Shown: piece after piece, positions 24,501 to 36,500 of the stretch
How the letters are laid out: each line of letters opens with the position of its first letter
Position numbering within the stretch: position 1 is the stretch's first letter
Assembly: GCF_964355755.1 (NCBI RefSeq)
Contig: NC_092678.1
Span: 22,523,365-22,587,364 of the forward strand
Length of the DNA: 64,000 nt
Reading direction: 5' to 3'
From: Antedon mediterranea
Lineage: Eukaryota; Animalia; Echinodermata
Made by a program: the position numbers and the translations under genes
Notes under the pieces: generated by a model
The model's input: the letters and a program-made list of their open reading frames with translations, nothing else
What the model was told of the DNA's origin: nothing
Database searches by the model: none

Positions 24501-27500
24501 TTTAGTTGTGAACTAATTTCTGTTCTTTTAGTTTAAAACTGTTTTAAAATAATTATTTCTAATCTGAGTCTTGTCTGCATGTTGGATGGATTCATAATAT
24601 ATTTTTTTGTATTCATTGTATAGAAAATGGTAGGGAGTTCTTGGCATGCATGAGAAGGCTATATTTGTAAATTGTACCCATATCTAACAGTTTTATGTGA
24701 TGTTTATTGTAAATAATACTTAATTTACCTTTTTGACGGAAGCTGTACATGATATTTAAAGTTATTAGTCTGATTTTTTCCCCAAAATGTAATAATTTAA
24801 GAAACGTGATCGTTGCTTGAACGTCTTCTGAGTAATTTAGTTGAAACAATAATCAGTTAACATAGACGCATTTGCTTTGTACATGTTTTTTTTTATTGAG
24901 AAAGTTTCTTCAAAAACATAATTTCAGAAGCCATAATATTAAGCTGTTTTTTGTAGTTTTATTTTCTAATATTTTACATTAACTATAACATTAACGCGTT
25001 ACTGGTTTATTTTTGTTTAGATAATAAGCATGTTTTAGATGTGTCTTAAAATTTAATGTTGTGTAATAATGTTTTCATGTTATATTCCTGATGGTGTGTG
25101 AAGGTTACTAGAGGTTTACTGATGATACAGTATGGTACTCTCTGAAATATTTATAGCATATTATTTTCAGAAAAAAAGAACAGACGAGGGAGAGATACTT
25201 ATATTATTATATATTTAATATAAAATGACGATCTGTGCTGGGGAATTGGGGTGGATAGTGAAAATTTAAAATTTCCAACAAGACAAGCTCCTCATCTGCC
25301 TTGAAGATCTTTCTAGAAGTACATTTTCATGGAATTAACCTTTTCCCTGGTACCTTTTTCCATTGGTACCTTTTCCCATTGGTACCTTTTTCCATTGGTA
25401 CCTTTTTCCATTGGTACCTTTTTCGCTGGTACCTTTTTCCCTGGTACCTTTTCCCATTGGTACCTTTTCCCATTGGTACCTTTTTCCATTGGTACAGTAC
25501 CTTTTTCCATTGGTACTTTTTTCCATTGGTACCTTTTTCCATTGGTACATTTTTCCATGGGTATCTCTTTCATGGGTATCTCTTTCATGGGTAGGCTAAT
25601 ATATTCTGTTTCTTTGGTCATTTTTCATTTAGCCTTGTTATAAATGTGAAGTTTTCTAGCATTCCTTGGTATATATTCATTCATGTATGTGCATCAGAAT
25701 ACATTACAAATAATTTTAAATCTATTATTCATATCATCATTTTACAAATATATGATATGTAATATATATAGAACACATATTATATAGTTCATATTCATAA
25801 ATAAATTATACAGTATAAAGATGATATTATTACACACTTTCAGTCATGTGACAGAGAATAGTGTACTTACTTGGATAAACCAATGTTAACCTATTTTCTC
25901 TCTGAATAAAATAATAAATTTTATTGGATGTCAAAGAAAGTAAATGGAATATTCCATTTTATTAAAAATTAATTTGATGAGGTATGAATATTATACATAC
26001 TGTACCAATTGGCCTGTTCCATTACAACCATAATTGTATACCATGTCTATATCTATAGAAATGTACAATATTATTTCATTTATTGTTGGTTGCCTAAAAT
26101 ATCTATGGTTGCTGCATGAAAGAACTATGTTTTAATTTGACAAAGGAAATGTGCATTGTTGAAGGTTGTTGACCATTTTTGTAGTAAATAAGTAAATTCT
26201 GAAAGCTCTGTTTACACTACAAAAAAAAGTGTGATATACCCAAATATGGTAGTGATATTCCCAAATATAATAGTGGTATGACATCATCATGTCCATACAT
26301 ATTTTTGTCACATAAAATTTGATAGTGTAGACAGAGCTTAAGGTATTGTTTCAATATCATATTTATTATATTTCATTCGTTGGAGAGACAAGATTTTATC
26401 AATTATAGCCATGGTCTATTCCTATAATGCTTGACTTTATTTTTTAAAGCAATGGAATATTTAGTCGCCATTAATTATAATTATTTATGTGGATGAATAC
26501 CAAAAAATACCTTTGCCTATTCCATTACCACCCTCGTAAAATATTGTTGAAATAAATAAATGAATTTGTATGATTTTTTTTTTCTTAGTTCATGAAACTG
26601 AGGCGAGGAACGGCAAACAAGAGGAGGAGTTGGAGAAATTGCTGCAGGATAGGGATGAACCAGGAGAATCTGAGGGAAAGTCCGTACTTCAAGCTAAACT
26701 AACCAAGTTAGCCATTCAGATTGGCTATGTAGGTAAGTCTACAACAACAACGTAAGTCTATACTTCAAGCTAAACTAACCAAGTAAGCCATTCAGATTGG
26801 CTATGTAGGTAAGTCTACAGCAATGTAAGTCTGTACTTCAAGCGAAACTAACCAAGTTAGCCAATTAGATGGATTACAAAGTCAATTCCATTCATCTAAA
26901 TTATGGATGAAAAACTAAGCCAGCACTGTTTAAAACACCTTGGTTGTTCCTATCAATGATCAAGGGCTTCTCTCATCCAGTGCCCACCTTGACGAGAACC
27001 GATGTTTCAACGTGGTAAAGCCGTATATTATGTATTTTGTATTCATTTTTTTGCAGGTTGTACGGTTGCTGTATTGACGACAATCATCCTTATTGTGCGG
27101 CTATGCATCGTTGAATTTGGTATCGAGAAGAATGAATGGTCAACAGATTACATCTCAGACTTTGTTGATAGTTTCATTCTCGGTGTAACAGTCTTAGTTG
27201 TCGCAGTTCCTGAGGGGCTCCCTCTTGCTGTAACCATTTCATTGGCGTATTCCGTCAAGGTGGGTAATTTTTTATTTCAAAACAATTCATGGAACAAATT
27301 AATAAATGTTGATGAATGAATAACTTTTTTGTGATTACTTTTTAGAAAATGATGTACGATAACAACTTGGTACGGCATCTTGACGCCTGCGAGACAATGG
27401 GAAACGCGACAGCAATTTGTTCGGACAAGACGGGCACATTAACCACGAACCGAATGACGGTTGTACAGAGCTATTTCTGTAACAAGCTCCATAAAGAGGT

Positions 27501-30500
27501 TCCTGACCGTGAGAGTATACCAGAGAGTGTTTATAATAGTATACTTCAGTCAATCTCAATTAATAGTGGATATACATCTAAAATAATGGTAAGATATTCA
27601 TATTCAATGTATTCATTCATATATAACTTATTCACAAAATGTCAATATATGTAATATAATAAATTGGCAATAAAAAATAAAAATTATTATTAACTGTTTA
27701 TGGAATCCTGGTTCCTTCGGTTAATTTCATTTTTCCCGATATTTTTTTATTCTGCAGCCACCAGAATCAGAAGGACATCTTCCACGCCAAGTCGGCAACA
27801 AGACAGAGTGTGCCCTCTTAGGTTTTATCTTAGCGATGGAAGATGATTATCAGATGGTGCGTGACCAATGGCCACCAGAACGATTCATTCACATGTACAC
27901 GTTTAACTCGTCGAGAAAGTCGATGAGCACGGTGATACCACTAGAAACTGGTGGATATCGTCTTTACACTAAAGGTGCTTCAGAGGTTATTATGAGAAAG
28001 TAAGTGTCGTCAGAGTAAAAAACATATATACATACAGTATATACATCGGTCGATTTATCTGTGATTAGAAGAAGAAGAGAAAAAGGGTCAATATATGTTT
28101 TAACACTACCACCAACCTCTATTCAGGAAAAAACCTTGTTAAGGAAACACTTTGTTCGGTCCCAAAGGTGTCCCTTTAATAGCGGTATCTTTTACATTGT
28201 TTTAGCTATTCCTTGCTTTCAGAGTTTACTATTTTGCTTTTTAATAGTTTTTTAAAATTGTATTTTTGATATGCATATGAAACTCATTGAAATTGACCTG
28301 ACACGACCCAACCTGGCCTTGTTTTATAGGTGTGTGCAGATAATAGATGAGCAGGGATTACCTCAGCCATTTTCCCCTGACATGAAGAACAAGATTCAAA
28401 GCGAAGTAATTGAACCAATGGCATCGGAGGGTTTAAGAACCCTTTGTCTAGCGTACCGTGACTTTGGCCCAAAAGAGAGCCCAGACTGGGAGGATGAAGC
28501 TAACATAGTGCAGGCTTTAACATTTCTAGCTATAACTGGTATTGAAGATCCGGTCAGAGGAGAGGTAAGAACACATTTTGAATAAAATGTATGATAATGT
28601 TCGACTTCATAAAGCTAGTCAACCTAATCTTAGGTGACTTATCTGCTGGTTTTGATATTGGTTAGGCCTGATGTTGTGATCCAAGCAGGGAGCTAAAAAT
28701 TACTGATCGGCACTCTAAAGTTGCTGCTGAGAACCTTGATTTGTATGTAGATCTGGGCTGGCATTTACAAATATTTTGCTTAAGTAAAAAACAGTGCTTA
28801 AGTAAAAAGCAGAAACTTTATTTATCAAACCAGTTCTTTTTATCCTAAGAAATGGATTTTGTCATGAAAAACATACACATTTTTGAAAATAACTTATCAT
28901 TGACTTGATAAAGGTTAAGGGGATTTGTTTTTGCTAAGCAATTTTGATAAATCTGGCCCCTGAAAATACAAATGTTTGTAGAATAGAAGGTACAGTACTT
29001 GTAAAGATTGTTATTTATGGCTTTTTTATGAATCTTGTTTCGTAGGTACCAGATGCCATATTACAATGTCAACAAGCTGGTATCACCGTTCGCATGGTCA
29101 CGGGAGATAACATCAACACAGCCCGTTCAATCGCCACCAAATGTGGCATCCTCGTTCCTGGAGATGAATTTCTTGTCTTGGACGGAAAGGAATTCAACAG
29201 AAAAATCCGAGATAGGAGTGGCAAAGTATGTAAATAAAACAATTTAACATGTTTATGCAGTAGGTGGGACCGCCATATTCAGAGGACACCTCTATTAAGG
29301 CGACACGTATATTAAGGCGACACGTATATTAAGGCGACACCTATATTAAGGCGACACCTATATTAAGGCGACACCTATATTAAGGGGACACCTATATTAA
29401 GGCGACACCTATATTAAGGCGACACCTATATTAAGGCGACACCTATATTAAGGCGACACCTATATTAAGGCGACACCTATATTAAGGGGACACCTCTATT
29501 AAGGGGACACCTATATTAAGTATTAAGAGGACACACCTATTAAGGAAACACCTCTATTCAGAGGATACCTCTCTATTCAGAGGATACCTCTCTATTCAGA
29601 GGATACCTCTCTATTCAGAGGACACCTCTCTATTCAGAGGACACCTCTTTATTAAGGGGACATTTCTCTATTCAGGGGACACCTCTCTATTCAGGGGACA
29701 CCTCTCTATTCAGAGGACACCTCTCTATTCAGAGGACACCTCTCTATTCAGAGGACACCTCTCTATTAGGTGGACACTTCTCTATTCAGGGGACACCTCT
29801 CTATTCAGAGGACACCTCTCTATTCAGAGGACACCTCTCTATTCAGAGGACACCTCTCTATTCAGGGGACACCTCTCTATTCAGGGGACACCTCTCTATT
29901 CAGGGGACACCTCTCTATTCAGAGGACACCTCTCTATTCAGGGGACACCTCTCTATTCAGAGGACACTTCTCTATTCAGAGGACACCTCTCTATTCAGAG
30001 GACACCTCTCTATTCAGGGGACACCTCTCCATTCAGGGGACACCTCTCCATTCAGGGGACACCTCTCCATTCAGAGGACACCTCTCTATTCAGGGGACAC
30101 CTCTCTATTCAGGGGACACCTCTCTATTCAGGGGACACCTCTCTATTCAGGGGACACCTCTCTATTCAGGGGACACCTCTCTATTCAGGGGACACCTCTC
30201 TATTCAGAGGACACCTCTCTATTCAGGGGACACCTCTCTATTCAGGGGACACCTCTCTATTCAGGGGACACCTCTCTATTCAGAGGACACCTCTCTATTC
30301 AGAGGACACCTCTCTATTCAGGGGACACCTCTCTATTCAGGGGACACCTCTCTATTAAGGGGACACCTCTCTATTAACGGGACACCTCTCTATTCAGGGG
30401 ACACCTCTCTATTCAGGGGACACCTCTCTATTCAGAGGACACCTCTCTATTCAGAGGACACCTCTCTATTCAGGGGACACCTCTCTATTCAGGGGACACC

Positions 30501-33500
30501 TCTCTATTCAGGGGACACCTCTCTATTCAGGGGACACCTCTCTATTCAGAGGACACCTCTCTATTCAGGGGACACCTCTCTATTCAGAGGACACCTCTCT
30601 ATTCAGGGGACACCTCTCTATTCAGAGGACACCTCTCTATTCAGAGGACACCTCTCTATTCAGGGGACACCTCTCTATTCAGGGGACACCTCTCTATTCA
30701 GAGGACACCTCTCTATTCAGAGGACACCTCTCTATGCAGAGGACACCTCTCTCTATTAAGGGGACACCTCTCTATTCAGGGGACACCTCTCTATTAAGGG
30801 GACACCTCTCTATTCAGGGGACACCTCTCTATTCAGAGGACACCTCTCTATTCAGAGGACACCTCTCTATTCAGAGGACACCTCTCTATTCAGGGGACAC
30901 CTCTCTATTCAGGGGACACCTCTCTATTAAGGGGACACCTCTCTATTAAGGTTGTACTGTATAAGAGTAATGCATGTAAGTTTTATAAGGTATAGACTTA
31001 ACAACTTTACTTCATTTAACATTTTGTGTTGTGATTTATTATACTTGTCGGATTTAAATTCTAATAAATTATCCAGTTATTTTTGTGACAAGTGGTGAAC
31101 ATATATCACATGTACCATCATCATAACGATGATAACACTCTGTCATCGGCTTTGATTTGTTTAATGTTAAGTATTTGTGATTAGGATAGGCAATATCAGT
31201 GTTTATGGATACATGCACTTACAAAGCTTTAAAAGTACTATTAGAATCTCTTAAGTTTAACAGAACATGTTTGAATGCTATTGACTACACTTAAAAGTGA
31301 CTAACAGGGAGAGATAATGGTATGACTTTAGTACAATCATTTCAATGTTTTGTCACTTTGTGGGTTGCTTTTAATATGATTATTCCCTGTTATAAACAAT
31401 CTGCATATAATACTGTATATATAATTAATAATTAAGTATGATTACAGTAGACCCCCTATTAAGGAGACTCCTCTAAATTGTCCTATTAATAGGTGTGTTC
31501 TCTGAATAGGGGTGTCCTAAAGGAGTTGTTTTACTGTATGTCAGAGTAGATCAAACATATGTATAAAAGCTCAGTCTACTTTTTGTGACAAACAAATGTG
31601 ATGTGCCCATATGTGGACATGATGATGTCATATCACCACTATACTGTATTTGGGAATATCACCACCATGGGCACATCACACACACATAAACACATTATAT
31701 GATATATATTATTTGTTCTTGTTATCAGATTCAGCAACACCTTCTTGACAAGGTTTGGCCTAAGCTAAGAGTGCTAGCCCGCTCTTCACCCACTGACAAA
31801 CACACCCTGGTAAAGGGGATCATTGACAGTAAGCTGAATCCTAACAGAGAGGTTGTAGCAGTCACAGGAGACGGAACCAACGATGCTCCTGCCTTGAAGA
31901 AAGCTGATGTGGGATTTGCTATGGTTAGTAGTATCTAGTGAGGGCGTGTGACGCAGTGTGTGGGTAGTTGGATTACTGATCGTGGTTCGAATCCAACTCT
32001 ATTGTATCCTCATTTTACTTGCATTTGCCTCTCTCCACCCAGGTGTATAAAATGGGCTAGATCAAGACACAACTTCGTTCTGATTACTAGCTGCATGATG
32101 GGAGTATGTTTCCATACATGTTTGATCCCCAAAAGTGACCGGGGTAATAATGTGCAGTGCATTAAGAGCTTGCTTATATGCGCTTTATAAGAATGAACTA
32201 TTATTACCTTTATTGTGGTTTTTATACTCCATTATTTGATAAGGTTTCATGTAAAAGTTCTTGTTAATTCCATTTAATGTATTTCTTGCAGGGCATTGCT
32301 GGAACAGACGTAGCCAAGGAGGCTTCAGATATTATCCTAACTGACGATAACTTCACAAGTATCGTGAAGGCAGTCATGTGGGGAAGGAATGTTTATGACA
32401 GTATCGCTAAGTTTTTACAGTTCCAATTGACTGTTAACTTGACCGCTATCACGGTCACTGTCATTAGTGCTATGACCATTGGAGTAAGTATGATTTTTTT
32501 ACACAGTTGATATATATAACTTCACCATAAACTAATTAATTATTATATTAATTTAACTCTGAATGGGTAGAAATTTGTGAGATTGTTAAAAGCTTCCCCA
32601 ACCGAGATTTAAACCCAGAATTTTCTGCTGCATATTCAGTAAATCCTACCATTAGACCACTGAGGCTTTCATAGTATTGTTCAAATTTGATTCGATAGCG
32701 ACTCTTTCACACCCTTTATGTGGTATGGTAGGACAACGCTAGTTATCATTTGTACGAGATTAAAACATTTTAATTATAGCTGAGTTCTAACTGTCTCAAA
32801 CAGATCTTGTCTAAAGCTCTGTCTACACTATAAACTAGACAAAAAAGTGTGATGTACCCAATTATGATAGTGGTATGCCCAAATATGGTAGTGATATGAC
32901 ATCATCATTTCCATATATGGGCAAATCAATTTCTTTTCATATAAAGTTTGATAGTGTAGACAGAGCTTAACTGTAAAGATAGAGTTTATAAGAATAGTTT
33001 TAAAAGTTAATTTTCCTATCGCCTTTACAGGACAGTCCGTTGAAAGCCATCCAGATGTTGTGGGTGAACCTAATCATGGACTCGCTGGCTTCGTTAGCAT
33101 TGGCTACAGAGCCACCTACGCCAGCCTTGCTTACTAGAAAGCCGTATGGTCGTACCAAACCACTCATCTCACGTACTATGATGAAAAACATTCTAGGCCA
33201 CTTCATTTACCAATTTATCGTCATTATGGTGTTGCTTTTCGCAGGTAAGCGGAAATATATATTTTATTTCCAAGGAGTTAAGAACAGAATCGACAAATTG
33301 GCCAATCTTAAGCTCTGTCTACACTCTCAAACTGTATGAAAAAATAAATAAATCCATGTGAAATGAACAAGAGGCCATATGTTGTAACTATACAACAAAC
33401 CTCTATTTAGGGGACACTACTATTCAATTCAATTCAACTTTTATTTCAGACAATTTTCCATATGGTATTTACATTACAAAAAAAAAGATGAAGGAGAGAG

Positions 33501-36500
33501 GACCAAAACTTTTATCTATTGGTATATAATGCCTCTCTCCATTTGTAGTACATGTTTGAATCCATCAACAAATATTTATATATACAAATTAACATTCTGT
33601 TAACATTCAGGGGACACTAGTTGGTCTTAAGCTCTGTCTACACTATCAAATTATTATTATTATTATTAGTTATCCGCTTGGTTACCAAGCGGATAACTCC
33701 TTGTTATTGTATGAGATCAACATTTTTGGTTATCCGCAACTTTAAGTTGCGGATAACCCTTGTGATTGTAAATATCTTTTTTTTCATCTTCTTTGTTATT
33801 CTTCTTTCTTTCCCGGATTTTTGTGCGTCGCATATCTCTCATCCTTGTCAACATAAGATTGTATAACTTTGTCAAAAGATTGACCTGTAGCTGTAGATGT
33901 GCAAGAAACTTCGTTATATGACGTTAGAGTTGCGCAGCATAAGTTACGCGCGATTTTATGAATTTCAATGATTGGTCATAGATTATAAACCAAAAGTCGT
34001 TTTGTATTAACACTTGGTGAAAATTTAAGTCATATCAAGGGTAAACTTTCTATGCATTAAAAATGACATGTTTCACAAGAAGTTACGCGCGCACGCGCAT
34101 TTAAAATTTAAAAATGCGCAAAATTATTTTCTAATCAACTTTCTACGCTGATCATGACATTTTTAGCATGTCAAAAATTCCCACGCGCGCGAAAAAAATT
34201 AGGCGTAAGGTGCGCACGGAGCATGAAAATCATGTGTTTTTTTCTTGAATTATGATTTTACAGCCTTTCTTAGTCATTTAAAAAAAGATTTACATCATTT
34301 CAAATTAAAATGACGTCATACGAACACGTTGATTTAGACAATTTGCGTGCGTTTTAGTTGCAAAAGTGACAAAATATTGTCAAAATTATACCTACTTTGA
34401 ATCTATTATAGCTCCTCAGGATCAACCGTTACCCCCAATTTTTTAAATTTGATATGTAAGCAGATATGTTGTAGATATGAATTTATGCAGAATCTTTACC
34501 CCTCGGATGTTATGACGTCATCGTATGGCCACACGAATGTAAAATATTGGATTTTTGACTGTTTCGCGATTGCTCATTACATTAAATAGAGCGCATATCG
34601 CTTATACGTATTCCATTTCCTCAGATATTTTAATACTGTCTAGGTCAATCAACTATCTTTCACATGAGTTAAAAATATTTTAATTTTTATGACGTCATCA
34701 TGTCTAAAAATGTAAATAAAGTGGGTCACCTATTTTCATCTTTACAGTAAATTTCAATCTGTTATAGATCGTCAGAATAAAAGGTGATCATCATGATTAA
34801 AACGTTTTCTGGAAGCTATTGGATTGTAGATACAGATTCATGTGAATATTTTGCCAATTAGATGTTGTGACGTCATTATATGGCCAGTTGAATACAAAAA
34901 GTCGTATTTTCATATTTTGCGTCATAGTTCATCACATTTAAAAGAGCGCGCATCTATATTTTACGGATTTAAATTTCTTAAAATTTGAATTAATGTAATT
35001 ATTTAGATACTTATCTTCTAAAATTGTTATCTTTAGACGTCGATTTGATGACGTCATCGTGTTATTAATTGGATTTCAAAGATGGGTCTCGTAATATCGT
35101 CTATGCTACACTGTATATAACATATACAGCGTATTCTGTAAATACTGTAATATGATGTATGCTACAAAATAGGTACAATTCAGCACTGTAAACATATTTA
35201 TTTCATGTCATAGGATGGAATAATAATTGTCGAGGTTCATATAGTTTAAAGTATGTGCATGTTGCGTATGCGCGGATAACCCGAACTCGTCAAAGTGACG
35301 AGTTCAAATCTAGTTTTTCTGTATTATTCTTCTTTCCTTCCTTCCTTTTTGTGAGTCGCGTTTCTCTAAAATGTGTAAACATAACATTTCATAACTTTGA
35401 CAACATATGGGCATTTACGTGAAGTTGTGCACCTCCTATTTTTGAATGACGTCATAGTTGCGCAACGTGACTTACGCGCAATTTTATGAATTTCAATGAT
35501 TGATCATAGATTAAAAACCAAAAGTCATTTAGTATTGACACTTTGACAAAATTTAAGTCATATCAGGGGCAAACTTTCTACGGATTAAAAATGGCATGTT
35601 TCACAAGAAGTTACGCGCGCACGCGCATTTAAAATTTCAAAATGCGCAAAATTAATTTCTAATCAACTTTTTACGCGTTTCATGTCATTTTGAGCATGTC
35701 AAAAATTCCCACGGGCGCGCAATTTTTTACGCACGCGGTGCGCACGTAGCGATAAAAACATATTTTTTTCTCTTGAATTATATTTTTGAAGCCTTTCCTA
35801 GTAATTTTGAAAACAATTTAGACCTTTTCCAGTTTAAATAACGCCATACGAACACGTTGAATTAGACAATTTGTGCGCGTTTTTTATGAAAAAGCTTAAA
35901 AAATCATCAAAATAATGTCTTTTTTTAAACAGTCATAGTTTCTAAAGTAAACCGTGAACCGTTTATTTTTATTACAAAATCTAGAAGTTGATGAGTTGCA
36001 GATATCGGATCATGCATCGATAAGGCTAAAAAAACATTGTGACGTAATCGTATAGCCACACGAATGTAAAATATAGGATTTTTGTCTGTTTCGTTATTGC
36101 TCATCACATTCAATGGAGCGCATCACGCTTATCTGTATTCCTTTTTCTCCTATATTTATATATTGTCTAGGTCAATCAACTTTCTTTAGCATGAGATAAA
36201 AATATTTAAATTTTTATAACGTCATCATGCCTAAAAATTTTAATTACTTGGGTCATTAATTTCATCTTTACAGTAAATTTTAATCTGTATTGGCTCGTAA
36301 GAATAAAATGTGATAATCACGATTAAAACGTTTTCTGGAAGCTATAGGATTGTAGATACGAATTCATGTAAACATTTTGCCAATCGGATGTTGTGACGTC
36401 ATCATATTGCCAGTTGAATAAAAAAAGTCATATTTTCATATTTTGCGTAATAGTTCATCACATTTAAATGTGCGCGCACCAACATTTTACGTATTCAAAT

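Noticed and set aside
19137-25643. Ile/Met/His/Asp-rich and WYLFP-type ORFs
   Set aside because: Micro- and minisatellite artefacts at 19050-19860, 23150-23595 and 25345-25592.
29770-30949. 329-aa and 71-aa ORFs
   Set aside because: Translations of the 19-bp satellite inside a PMCA intron.
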